A stretch of 64,000 nt of DNA from a virus: positions 32,001-96,000 of IMG/VR virus record IMGVR_UViG_3300023179_000016; one strand, written 5' to 3'. How positions within the stretch are numbered: position 1 is the stretch's first letter; each line of letters starts with the position of its first letter. Shown piece after piece: positions 18,074 to 26,545 of this stretch. The notes below the pieces were generated by a model. It was not told where the DNA came from. It did no database searches and was given only the letters and a program-made list of their open reading frames with translations. Both the position numbers and the translations under genes were made by a program.

Positions 18074-18142
18074 ATACTAGATCTTTTCAGGTGTATGCAA
18101 TCGTCAGGGTCATCTCTTTGGCGTCTTAAATTTACTCCTCAT

Positions 18143-18153
18143 TATATTTTCGG
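18143..18153 (-). promoter_or_regulatory. CCGA-N3-TATA motif upstream of tRNA-Ile/Leu
   Basis: CCGAAAATATA. Confidence 0.6.
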
Positions 18154-18157
18154 AAAA

Positions 18158-18235
18158 TGGCGACCCCGGCAGGGCTCGAACCTGCGACCCACAGCTTAGA
18201 AGGCTGTTGCTCTGATCCTACTGAGCTACGGGGTC
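18158..18235 (-). tRNA. tRNA-Arg(UCU)
   Basis: acceptor GACCCCG/CGGGGTC, stem ACAGC/GCTGT around CTTCTAA, encoded CCA. Confidence 0.93.
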
Positions 18236-18247
18236 GTTTAAAGTTGA

Positions 18248-18400
18248 TCACAGAGTCTCTTCTTCGCCATCCGGGTGATACACGATAACTTCATATTCGC
18301 CAACTAATTCTTCTCCAAGTTCCAAAGCCTCGTCATGAGAGGGAACTTCTTTCTCGAAGACAAGATGACCGATTTCGTTATACGCAACCACCAGATACAT
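18248..18400 (-). CDS. small acidic protein (paralogue of 29243..29404)
   Basis: MYLVVAYNEIG...SHDEALELG. Confidence 0.6.
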   Translation of the reverse strand: MYLVVAYNEIGHLVFEKEVPSHDEALELGEELVGEYEVIVYHPDGEEETL

Positions 18401-18401
18401 A

Positions 18402-18647
18402 TTATTCGAGTTCCGAGTAGATGAAATTACCGAGGACACCGAAATGCGCCATCGAATGGCCGAGCGATGTCATCATGTCGACTGCCAGATTTACCTCTTC
18501 GCGGAAATTTTGTTTTTCATCGAGAGATTTGATTCTACCAATTTGAATCCAACCGATGTTGTAGACTTCTTGCATGTTCGAGCACCAGACAACGTAGTCT
18601 GAGTTTTTCCAGCCAATGAGACCGTCGTTGGTCTTGATAAGTCTCAT
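18402..18647 (-). CDS. hypothetical protein
   Basis: ORF in operon. Confidence 0.65.
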   Translation of the reverse strand: MRLIKTNDGLIGWKNSDYVVWCSNMQEVYNIGWIQIGRIKSLDEKQNFREEVNLAVDMMTSLGHSMAHFGVLGNFIYSELE

Positions 18648-18848
18648 TTACTTGATACCGAAGCGGATCTTGATGCTGGTCGGAAGAGCCGAGAAGTCTG
18701 CAGGTTTTTTATCTGCATTAGAAGTCGATCGTGACCTAGTTCCCCTAGGAACCCTCCTGGTGGGAAGCTTGGTGATTTTTCCACCAGCTTCCAGAAAACT
18801 TGCGATCTCAGAAGACATTTGAACGCGAACAACAGTTTTACTCCTCAT
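18648..18848 (-). CDS. SutA RNAP-binding-domain-like small protein
   Basis: EIASFLEAGGKITKLP matches the FLxxGGxI/V helix of SutA; GGAGG RBS. Confidence 0.65.
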   Translation of the reverse strand: MRSKTVVRVQMSSEIASFLEAGGKITKLPTRRVPRGTRSRSTSNADKKPADFSALPTSIKIRFGIK

Positions 18849-18864
18849 ATATCCTCCACGAATA

Positions 18865-18875
18865 TATATATTCGG
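18865..18875 (-). promoter_or_regulatory. CCGA-N3-TATA motif
   Basis: CCGAATATATA ending 17 nt before the ATG at 18848. Confidence 0.7.
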
Positions 18876-19061
18876 AATCAGTCGTTATGCCCTCGGCCAC
18901 TCTTCGTAGTCAGTGTTCCAGATCTTCTCCATTATTGTGCCCATGTAGACATCGTACATGGAGATAATACCTTCGTCCATCAGGTCTGACAGTTCGTCGT
19001 ATGAATAGTCTTTTATGTTCTCCATGATTTCTAATCTAGAGAGCTTATTCTTGTCGGTCAT

Positions 19062-19262
19062 TTAGTACTCAAATTCGGGTTCGTAGCTGAAATCTTTATC
19101 CAGATCTTCAATGTATTCTACTTCCTCTTCCGAGTACTCGGGCTCATATTCTTCAAAATCTTCAGAGGGACGGGGGAGATCTTCTTCGTCAAACGCGAAG
19201 TTTTCTTCTGCGAGCTCGATGCGCTCAAAATTCTCATCAAGAAATCTTTTGCGTCCGTACAT
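19062..19262 (-). CDS. very acidic small protein
   Basis: Glu/Asp/aromatic-rich, AGGAG RBS. Confidence 0.7.
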   Translation of the reverse strand: MYGRKRFLDENFERIELAEENFAFDEEDLPRPSEDFEEYEPEYSEEEVEYIEDLDKDFSYEPEFEY

Positions 19263-19299
19263 ATTAGGTCTCCTTAATGGTTGATTTTACTTGCAAATT

Positions 19300-19310
19300 T
19301 ATATATTCGG
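19300..19310 (-). promoter_or_regulatory. CCGA-N3-TATA motif
   Basis: CCGAATATATA. Confidence 0.7.
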
Positions 19311-19343
19311 AAATCCGTCGATATATGGTACTATATACATAAG

Positions 19344-19895
19344 ATGAAAGAGTTAATAAAGTACTTTCCGAATGGGCAGTGGAAAATAGAATCATTGAAC
19401 AAGGTCGGAGAAGGATACAAGAGACTGGTAGAAGATGGGATCGCTCTACTACACCCCGTTACCGTAGAAGGAAGGCCGCTTTCCGATGACGGAATACCAT
19501 ATCATGCGACAATAAAAGCATTCAATAAGGATAAAGACTCCATAGATGATGCGCACGGCATAGCAAACCAGTTAAAGATGGATAAACCAGATGCATCTAA
19601 GGTATTCATACAGCCGCATATATTCAAGGACAGATTTGGCGATGACGTGCACGTATTAACCATGCACGGCGAAGATGCAGATAAGATAATTCAAAACTAC
19701 CATCGGTTCACGGGCATGGGTTGGTTGCCAAGACCAGAAGGATATAGACCACACATCACTGTCGACGAGTCTACTTATAATAAGGCCTTACAATCCGGAG
19801 CAAAGACTGCGGCAGATTTGGGTATTCAGTTTGGTGATGCTGAACTGAGAAGAGGTTTTCAAACGGTATCGCGCTATCCAACCGATACAGGTTAA
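19344..19895 (+). CDS. 2H phosphoesterase (Acb1-like) with N-terminal NGQW leader
   Basis: two HxT motifs (YHATI, PHITV); start MKELIKYFPNGQW after TGGTACTAT. Confidence 0.75.
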   Translation: MKELIKYFPNGQWKIESLNKVGEGYKRLVEDGIALLHPVTVEGRPLSDDGIPYHATIKAFNKDKDSIDDAHGIANQLKMDKPDASKVFIQPHIFKDRFGDDVHVLTMHGEDADKIIQNYHRFTGMGWLPRPEGYRPHITVDESTYNKALQSGAKTAADLGIQFGDAELRRGFQTVSRYPTDTG

Positions 19896-20431
19896 CCGGT
19901 ATCTAATTGAGTAGTCCAATAAGCGATCGATTGGGCATCGATATATGGAGTCCATTCTTCCGGCATGGATGTTATCCTCACGATAACCTGTGCGGGTAGC
20001 CACTTAGGCTTGATTGGTTTTTTAACCAGTTTCATTCCGGCTTGTTCTGGAGTCATATATGCTTTTTTAGCATTGCACGGTTGACATGCGGCTACTATAT
20101 TTTGCCAATTTGTAAGTCCACCCTGCGCCCTAGGAATAACATGATCAAACGTTAATTCTTTAGTCTGTTTTCTCTCGGCGCAATACTGACACGTCCAGTT
20201 GTCTCTCAGATAAACATTTATGCGACTGAACTGTATCTCGCCTCTTTTTCTAAATTTAGACAACTGCCTAATAACACTAGGCATTTTGAAAATTCTGCTA
20301 GTGCTTCTAACAAACTCTTCCGTCTTTTCTTCAACGACCTCGGCATCGCCTGATATCACTAAAGTCATTGCCTTAGTCCAGCTTATTATCCTTAATGGCT
20401 CGTAGGTGCAATCCAACAACAGAACTGACAT
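19892..20431 (-). CDS. HNH endonuclease
   Basis: RDNWTCQYC, TFDHVIPRAQGG, WQNIVAACQPCNAKK. Confidence 0.92.
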   Translation of the reverse strand: MSVLLLDCTYEPLRIISWTKAMTLVISGDAEVVEEKTEEFVRSTSRIFKMPSVIRQLSKFRKRGEIQFSRINVYLRDNWTCQYCAERKQTKELTFDHVIPRAQGGLTNWQNIVAACQPCNAKKAYMTPEQAGMKLVKKPIKPKWLPAQVIVRITSMPEEWTPYIDAQSIAYWTTQLDTG

Positions 20432-20541
20432 AGAATGTATTTATTTTATCACGGGTCATTGCATTAAAAATATATATAAAAACATCATAAAAATCTGCTA
20501 CAAGCGTGATTATACTAAAATCAATGATTGTGTATCTTTTG

Positions 20542-20550
20542 TGGTAAAAT
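20542..20550 (+). promoter_or_regulatory. extended -10 element, probably leaderless transcript
   Basis: TGGTAAAAT with ATG exactly 7 nt downstream. Confidence 0.6.
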
Positions 20551-20556
20551 TAGCTT

Positions 20557-21078
20557 ATGGCTCTTGCAACTATATATTCATCCGCCGCTGTCTCTATAAA
20601 TAGTGCATTGACGACGGCAGGTATCACTACTCTTCTAGTGGCTCACGCTCAAAATCAGACAATAAATGCGGTCGTCCATAATAATCTTATAGATTACATA
20701 GGATACGTGTTAAACTCTGACCTGATGAAGGTTAACAACATAATAGAGACAGAGCTTGCAAGATACGGTAAATTTGCCACTCTCAAATCGCCCGCAAGAC
20801 CAGTGACCGTACCGTCTAATCCTGTCGATGATCACTATGTTACATTGAACGGCTATTACATAGAAAACTCCGATATAGACACAGACAAAGTATTATTCGA
20901 CGATTTTAAGGGAAAAATAGAGTCGGACGTACGATACTGCTCGTCTGTTGTTCAGAGCAGGGCCAAGACGATACAATGGAATACATCTGACGAGACCTCG
21001 ACAATAACCATAACCGACGTCTCTCCTACAGCGAAGACTATATCGGTTGCCATCACAATAGATTTGACTAAGAGCTAA
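20557..21078 (+). CDS. hypothetical protein
   Basis: ORF directly upstream of clpX-like gene. Confidence 0.7.
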   Translation: MALATIYSSAAVSINSALTTAGITTLLVAHAQNQTINAVVHNNLIDYIGYVLNSDLMKVNNIIETELARYGKFATLKSPARPVTVPSNPVDDHYVTLNGYYIENSDIDTDKVLFDDFKGKIESDVRYCSSVVQSRAKTIQWNTSDETSTITITDVSPTAKTISVAITIDLTKS

Positions 21079-21084
21079 TAACGT

Positions 21085-22020
21085 ATGCGAGTTACTCCTG
21101 AGCAAATAAAGAAGTATCTTGATATGTATGTTATTGGCCAAGATCAAGCAAAAAAAGCCTTATCTGTCGCTGCATATAATCACAATAAGAGAGTTAATTC
21201 TAGCGGCAACTTGAAGAAATCAAACGTGTTGTTAATCGGCCCTACTGGGTCAGGTAAGACTTATATGGTAACACTATTGGCGCATATGTTGAATGTAAAG
21301 TTCATATCAGTTGATGCCACGCAGTTTACTAGTTCAGGCTATGCTGGAAGAGATGTCGAAGAAATAGCGTTCGAGATAATGTCAGCATGTGACGGTGACG
21401 AGAGCGAAGCTGTAAAATCTATAGTGCACATAGATGAAATAGATAAGATAAGAAAAAAGACCACACACAATGGTGTTTCAGATATAAACGGCGTGGAAGT
21501 TCAACAGGCGCTATTAAAGATGATAGAGGGTACAGATCTAAGTTATGCATCCACCGGATCCAAAACGGACCCACATGATAGAAAACTAAACACAAACAAT
21601 ATCATGTTTATATGTTCCGGTGCATTTGTTGGTCTGGAAAATTCCACGTCGCAGTCTTTGGTGAAATTTGGGATAATACCTGAATTTTTGGGCAGATTTT
21701 CTACTATTGCTACGTTGAATTCCTTGAGCGCATCAGATTTAAAGTCGATAATATTAGACTCTAAAGGATCAATTCTTGAATCTTACAAGGAGTGGTTCTC
21801 GAGTGAGGGCATAGAATTATCTGTTTCTGAGGATGGTTTGGATTGTATTGTAGAGAGAGCACTACTAAAAAACGTGGGGGCGAGAGGTCTACACGGCACT
21901 ATAGATGAAGCTCTACTTAATGCTCAGTTTGAAGCTCCAGGTCTAGTAATAAAACCTAAAGCCTTAATCATAAACAGAAATATGGTAGAGACTGGCATAG
22001 CAAACTGGGTATATGCTTAA
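21085..22020 (+). CDS. clpX: ClpX-like AAA+ unfoldase lacking the zinc-binding domain and IGF loop
   Basis: YVIGQDQAKK, KSNVLLIGPTGSGKT, DAT, DEIDKI, VQQALLKMIEG, PEFLGRF, GARGL. Confidence 0.9.
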   Translation: MRVTPEQIKKYLDMYVIGQDQAKKALSVAAYNHNKRVNSSGNLKKSNVLLIGPTGSGKTYMVTLLAHMLNVKFISVDATQFTSSGYAGRDVEEIAFEIMSACDGDESEAVKSIVHIDEIDKIRKKTTHNGVSDINGVEVQQALLKMIEGTDLSYASTGSKTDPHDRKLNTNNIMFICSGAFVGLENSTSQSLVKFGIIPEFLGRFSTIATLNSLSASDLKSIILDSKGSILESYKEWFSSEGIELSVSEDGLDCIVERALLKNVGARGLHGTIDEALLNAQFEAPGLVIKPKALIINRNMVETGIANWVYA

Positions 22021-22037
22021 AATTATAGGTCAATTTG

Positions 22038-22046
22038 TGGTATAAT
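22038..22046 (+). promoter_or_regulatory. extended -10 element, probably leaderless transcript
   Basis: TGGTATAAT with ATG (22053) 7 nt downstream. Confidence 0.65.
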
Positions 22047-22052
22047 TTCTAT

Positions 22053-22757
22053 ATGGATAAATTTATAGATTGGTCCGAATGGATCCTGCAAAAAAACGAC
22101 GAATTCGCAAGCGAAGAGCTTAACAAGGCAAAAATATACGACATCAAGTCAAAGAAGAAGGTGGCAGATTTACCTTCTGACATTACACCAAAGCGCTCAC
22201 CAAAGTTAAAAGTCATTGACAAGCAAAAAGAAGAAGAAAAAAATAAAAAGTCAAAAGATGCAGACGACAAAGCCACACACAATACAACTCATTACAAATC
22301 TAGATTAAAACAATTACAAGAAAAGATAAAGCAGGTCGTAAAGCCTGCAAATGTACCAAATATATCACCGTCAAAGAAAGACAGTGATATGCTGAAAACT
22401 GAACGAGCAGAAAAGCAAAAAAAACAGTCTGATTTGCCAAGCGGACACTTGGACAGAAGAGATCAAGCAGCTAAGCCGCCAAGCGAGATAGCTAAGAAGC
22501 CAATAATCTCTAGAGTAAAACTACCAGAAGAAAAAAAGCTAGAGACCGAGTCTGTTGAAGAATTCAAGAGAAAGAGGATGGAAGATCTTAGAGCGGCTAG
22601 AAGTGTTCGAGATATCGGGGAAAGAGCCAAACAGTTGTCCGATAAAGAAACCATTATAAGAGATAGAGAAAAAGAAAAAAATAAAGTTGTAAAGACTGAA
22701 CTGTTAAAGACCTTACCGAACGGCCAGTGGGAATTACTCGAAAAAAAAATATGTTAA
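22053..22757 (+). CDS. Lys-rich protein with DWSEW and NGQW motifs; probably continues by frameshift to 23058
   Basis: DWSEWILQKN..ELNKA at start, ELLKTLPNGQWELLE just before the A9 run. Confidence 0.75.
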   Translation: MDKFIDWSEWILQKNDEFASEELNKAKIYDIKSKKKVADLPSDITPKRSPKLKVIDKQKEEEKNKKSKDADDKATHNTTHYKSRLKQLQEKIKQVVKPANVPNISPSKKDSDMLKTERAEKQKKQSDLPSGHLDRRDQAAKPPSEIAKKPIISRVKLPEEKKLETESVEEFKRKRMEDLRAARSVRDIGERAKQLSDKETIIRDREKEKNKVVKTELLKTLPNGQWELLEKKIC

Positions 22758-23058
22758 TAACTCAGATGTTTCTGAGGGCTCTTGCGATTGCGGAGCTCAT
22801 GCTACGGGCTCAGACATGCACTCTGAATGGTGTGGCGGGTTAAAGTCTCCGCAAGACAGAGCAAAGGATCTTCAAGATAGACTTAATTCTATACAAGGGA
22901 TGAAGGGCGTGAGGCCTCACGATGTCGATAAAAAGGATTACGAGAAATGGGCGGAGACGGGAGACGACGGCGCTATTCATCATTACATGGGCAAAGACAT
23001 GAGAGAGATCTCTAGAGATGGTATGTGCACAAAATGCAAGGCCAAAAATGAGAGCTAG
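22750..23058 (+). CDS. +1-frame continuation with CDCGAH...HSEWC zinc motif
   Basis: open frame from the A9 tract; the first ATG (22816) lies inside the Cys/His motif. Confidence 0.55.
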   Translation, partial: YVNNSDVSEGSCDCGAHATGSDMHSEWCGGLKSPQDRAKDLQDRLNSIQGMKGVRPHDVDKKDYEKWAETGDDGAIHHYMGKDMREISRDGMCTKCKAKNES

Positions 23059-23072
23059 CCGCTGCATTTGGC

Positions 23073-23103
23073 GGCGTAGCGGTGTCAGCCGCGCGGCTGA
23101 CAC
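23073..23103 (-). repeat. GACACTGCTACGCC box (1 mismatch) fused to a 22-bp palindrome
   Basis: ggcgtagcggtgtc; gtgtcagccgcgcggctgacac at a convergent junction. Confidence 0.7.
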
Positions 23104-23114
23104 ACTCGAGCAAG

Positions 23115-23333
23115 TTATTCCTCTTCAGTGTACGGGTTGGAGAAGTCCAGCGCGCCAATAAATCTGGTGGCTAGTACAACTTTAGGTCTTGGAATAACCT
23201 CAACCTCTTTCACGTTCACCCTAATTTTCTTGTGATTATACAGCTGCACCAGCAGATTTTCATCTCCAATAGAGTTTAGAACTTTTGCTTCGGACCCTGA
23301 CCAAATGCCGGACTTAATCTTGATCTTCACCAT
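23115..23333 (-). CDS. KOW/SH3-like small protein
   Basis: VKIKIKSGIWSGSEAKV resembles a KOW motif. Confidence 0.5.
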   Translation of the reverse strand: MVKIKIKSGIWSGSEAKVLNSIGDENLLVQLYNHKKIRVNVKEVEVIPRPKVVLATRFIGALDFSNPYTEEE

Positions 23334-23343
23334 TCGCTGACCC

Positions 23344-23592
23344 TCACTCGGTTGCTTCGCTGTTGTAATTGCGCTGCTGCAGCTCTTCCATGAATCTAGT
23401 ATATGACTTTACGTGTCTCTTGAAGAGAGGGATCGCTTCGTCCCACTTCTCGTCTCCGAGAGCGCACTCGGTCTCTATTACATCTGTCACGAAAGAGATT
23501 GCTTCCGCGTCTGACCCAACCTTCCAAGAAGAAGAAATACCCTTGTTGCTGAGAATGTCATTAACCTGTTCTGCTTTGTTGCTGTTGCTCAT
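23344..23592 (-). CDS. hypothetical protein
   Basis: GGAGG RBS; CCGAATCTATT motif variant at 23616-23626. Confidence 0.65.
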   Translation of the reverse strand: MSNSNKAEQVNDILSNKGISSSWKVGSDAEAISFVTDVIETECALGDEKWDEAIPLFKRHVKSYTRFMEELQQRNYNSEATE

Positions 23593-23755
23593 TAGAGCCT
23601 CCCGTTACTTGGAATAATAGATTCGGTTTTTAGAACTATTTATCTTCGTCGTTGTCGTCTGGGATGTTGGGCGCTAGACAGATAGTGATGATCAGCATGA
23701 TAGCCATCAAGATTAGTGGCGCTGCCTCTGATGCCTTGTCTTCCATGTTGATCCT

Positions 23756-24106
23756 TTAGGGAAGATAAGAGAAATGTATCTGCTCTTCTCTCACTTCGCG
23801 GCTGCACTCGCCGCATTTAGTTTCTCTGAGCAATACGGGATCTCGCTTGATTCCGGTGCCGCCGCAACTCTTGCAGACATTAGATTTTAAGCTGCTGATC
23901 TCCGCTCTCAGCGCTTCATTCTCGAGCTCCAATAGTCTCACATGCCACTCGCGGCACGCACATGCGTTGTGGTGGGAAGTGCACTTCGGAATTTGTCTCA
24001 GTTCTTGCGGTAGAGAATTGAGATCGCACTCGCAATCCAGCACTAGATTGCAACCTGGACACGCCTCATTATACATATAATCACTGTTGGACTTGTATGA
24101 CATCAT
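23756..24106 (-). CDS. Cys-rich protein with coiled coil and DnaJ-like CxxCxGxG
   Basis: CPGC, CTSHHNACAC, LENEALRAEI, CKSCGGTG. Confidence 0.65.
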   Translation of the reverse strand: MMSYKSNSDYMYNEACPGCNLVLDCECDLNSLPQELRQIPKCTSHHNACACREWHVRLLELENEALRAEISSLKSNVCKSCGGTGIKRDPVLLRETKCGECSREVREEQIHFSYLP

Positions 24107-24136
24107 TTTCTCCTGTTTGGTTGTTATATTCAGTTT

Positions 24137-24391
24137 TTAATCGGCGAGCTCGAACTTCATCGAGTTGATCCTCTTCACTGGAACCATATACCAGCTGGCG
24201 GACAAACCGGACAGGAAGAATGTTTTGCTGACAATACTCCAGTAGATGTAGGATTTAAAGTTCGGATTATCGTTAAACATGCCCATAAGATCATCACCGG
24301 ACTTCTCTTCGAGACCGATCATGCGAGCTGCTTCTCTGGGATCGACGGTGGTACCATCTTTGAAGATAACTTTCGTGAGTCTTGACTTCAT
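24137..24391 (-). CDS. hypothetical protein
   Basis: GAGGAG RBS; start probably MKSRLTK. Confidence 0.6.
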   Translation of the reverse strand: MKSRLTKVIFKDGTTVDPREAARMIGLEEKSGDDLMGMFNDNPNFKSYIYWSIVSKTFFLSGLSASWYMVPVKRINSMKFELAD

Positions 24392-24484
24392 TTTTCTCCT
24401 CGACTTAAGAGGTTCTCAATCACTATATTAACTCAAAATACACTACTATCCCACGTGTTTTTATCGTGTCGGTATAAATTACCC

Positions 24485-24640
24485 ATGGAATGGTTGAAAT
24501 GGTTCTTAGTGATACTGGCAGCAGATGTGTGCGCGAGCCTCTTAAAGGAAAGCAATTGGAAGAGATTATTCAAGAAGAAGCGCAAGCGCAGCAGGTCTCG
24601 CAAGGTCGCTCAGATTATACCCCTCAAAAAGGTGGATTAG
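24485..24640 (+). CDS. small single-TM basic protein
   Basis: MEWLKWFLVILAA; ATG 7 nt after TATAAA. Confidence 0.5.
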   Translation: MEWLKWFLVILAADVCASLLKESNWKRLFKKKRKRSRSRKVAQIIPLKKVD

Positions 24641-24849
24641 ATCTTCCTGTCCGCGCACTCGTCGCAGCCTTGAATCTCATTGGAGAACGAGTTGCACTCC
24701 TTGCACGACTCAGCCCAGTATAGGTCCACGATGTTCCCCAAGTCCTCGACCTGCACAGAGCACGCCACCGTCGCATTATTCATCTCGTTGTACGGGACGG
24801 CCTCATTCGACTCAAACTCCACGATGATTCTATACTTGGGCATGATCAC
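24637..24849 (-). CDS. small Cys-containing protein
   Basis: MPKYRIIV...CKEC...CDEC. Confidence 0.6.
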   Translation of the reverse strand: MIMPKYRIIVEFESNEAVPYNEMNNATVACSVQVEDLGNIVDLYWAESCKECNSFSNEIQGCDECADRKI

Positions 24850-25037
24850 TTCACCTTCTTGATGTTGAGAACTTCCTCGTTGAACTCAATATTTTTGTAG
24901 TCGTACTCCACTTCAGACATGGACTTGCGCTTTGAGACCCCGCCGTAGATCTCTGCCGCTCCCCTCTTGGATTTGGCCTTTATGTACCTCACGGAATAGA
25001 TGGTCTGCTTCACTCGGACAGCATACTTCGGCATCAC
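24846..25037 (-). CDS. hypothetical protein
   Basis: MPKYAVRV start similar to neighbour. Confidence 0.6.
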   Translation of the reverse strand: MMPKYAVRVKQTIYSVRYIKAKSKRGAAEIYGGVSKRKSMSEVEYDYKNIEFNEEVLNIKKVK

Positions 25038-25052
25038 TCGACTCTCGCCCCT

Positions 25053-25244
25053 TTATGAGTTGGTCTCTGCGCATGCCGCGATGTGCTGCGCTACGTCCTC
25101 ATCTACGCCCCTCTCTCGCTTCTCGGCCAAGGAGTCTGCGTCGCACCTGCCGCAGGTCTTGACATCGTAACCCTTGAGCCTCAGAAAGAGAGCTTCGCAC
25201 CTCTCGCACGTATGCTTCACGAACGTCATACCCAAGTACTCCAT
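25053..25244 (-). CDS. small zinc-ribbon protein
   Basis: GAGGAGGAG RBS, CERC...CGRC. Confidence 0.65.
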   Translation of the reverse strand: MEYLGMTFVKHTCERCEALFLRLKGYDVKTCGRCDADSLAEKRERGVDEDVAQHIAACAETNS

Positions 25245-25420
25245 ATCACTCCTCCTCGCAAGAGAGCTCAAACGTCTTCTTGTGCTTGACCCGGTCCTTC
25301 TTCAGGGGGTGGACCTTGCTGGGCAATGGTTCCACCCTGGGTCTAATCCTTGGGCGCTTAATCTTCAGGGTGATCTTCTTCATAGAAGACATAGTGCCAC
25401 CTCATCCTTTCGTTATAGGT

Positions 25421-25711
25421 TTACAGCTCGAACTCCCCAACCTTGGGATTCGAACTCGAATTATAGCGGATCCAGGAGCTGCAGGAGTTGCACCTGACAG
25501 TGACGGGGTCGTAGCGATGGACGTACACGTCGGGGGACCCGCAAGCGTAGCAGCTCCTAGAGCAGTAGATGATGTCGATCAGAGCCTCCATAGTGGTCTT
25601 CTCCTCGCTGTGCTTGCCGCAGGAGGTGCAGGTGAAGATGTACGGGTCGCCCACCGTGTACTCGTCGTCCATACCAATATAGACATTGCAGTGGCGGCAG
25701 TAGATCTTCAT
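25421..25711 (-). CDS. double zinc-ribbon protein
   Basis: GAGGAGG RBS before MKIYCRHC; four CxxC pairs. Confidence 0.7.
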   Translation of the reverse strand: MKIYCRHCNVYIGMDDEYTVGDPYIFTCTSCGKHSEEKTTMEALIDIIYCSRSCYACGSPDVYVHRYDPVTVRCNSCSSWIRYNSSSNPKVGEFEL

Positions 25712-25740
25712 AGGTCTAAATCCTCCTCGATTCCAGCGGA

Positions 25741-25751
25741 TATAATCTCGG
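25741..25751 (-). promoter_or_regulatory. CCGA-N3-TATA motif
   Basis: CCGAGATTATA. Confidence 0.7.
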
Positions 25752-25850
25752 GGAAAAGTCGACCGCGCAGAAAAGAGAAGTCCACGCACGTCCCTCATAG
25801 ACACACGTGGACCTCTCTATATCAGCCGGGCTCGCGACCCAACAACCAAC

Positions 25851-26333
25851 TCACTCGCCAGACGTTGCCGTCGGAGCAAACTTGGCAGCGAGCTCCGGGG
25901 GCAGAGCACTGAGGTCGATCGTCGGCTGCTTGGACCGAGCGATCTCGGCGACCCGGGCATCGATGTGGGCCTGGACCTCAGCCCGGTCAGTGACGTCGGT
26001 GAGCGTTCCGAGCAGGGCTCGAAGAGCCTTGAGCTGCGGATCACCAGAACCAGAGCGAGAGCCAGGGTTCTTAGCCACATATGCGACCCCACCGTTCAGC
26101 CGCTTGTCCTTTCGGAGCCAGTTGCTCTGCAGGCCAGAGACATAGGCCTTCAGCTGCTGGTCGGTGAACTCCGTATCGAGCTCGATAGCTCCACCGCGGA
26201 ACCCCTCGAACAGGATCTGGTTCACCATGGCCCGCTCCTCACGGGACATCTCGACTGCACTCGAGAACTCGGTAGTTCCCTTGACGTTGACGACTGCACC
26301 ATAGACTGCTTCTTTCTGACTCATCTTGCTCAT
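25851..26333 (-). CDS. QKEAV...NWLRKDxRLNGG family protein
   Basis: paralogue; GGAGG RBS. Confidence 0.88.
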   Translation of the reverse strand: MSKMSQKEAVYGAVVNVKGTTEFSSAVEMSREERAMVNQILFEGFRGGAIELDTEFTDQQLKAYVSGLQSNWLRKDKRLNGGVAYVAKNPGSRSGSGDPQLKALRALLGTLTDVTDRAEVQAHIDARVAEIARSKQPTIDLSALPPELAAKFAPTATSGE

Positions 26334-26358
26334 AACTAACGTTCCTCCGTTGTTGTTC

Positions 26359-26369
26359 TATAAGATCGG
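26359..26369 (-). promoter_or_regulatory. CCGA-N3-TATA motif
   Basis: CCGATCTTATA. Confidence 0.7.
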
Positions 26370-26534
26370 GATATCGGTCACCACGACCGGTATCTTCACC
26401 TATGGGGTGTTCGGTACTCACTCAAAACTGGCTACTTCCGCGTCTGCTGTGGCTACCTACTGCTTGCCGCCTGCCTCCACTGGGGAGAGCTCCACTCGCG
26501 CTACTCCCTGCTCTCTACATCATTACCACCTAGA

Positions 26535-26545
26535 TATATGTTCGG
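26535..26545 (-). promoter_or_regulatory. CCGA-N3-TATA motif
   Basis: CCGAACATATA; no convincing ORF follows. Confidence 0.6.

Noticed and set aside
19892-20431. Intron-encoded homing endonuclease
   Set aside because: Free-standing between intact genes; nrdJ, thyX and ligase show no intron or intein.
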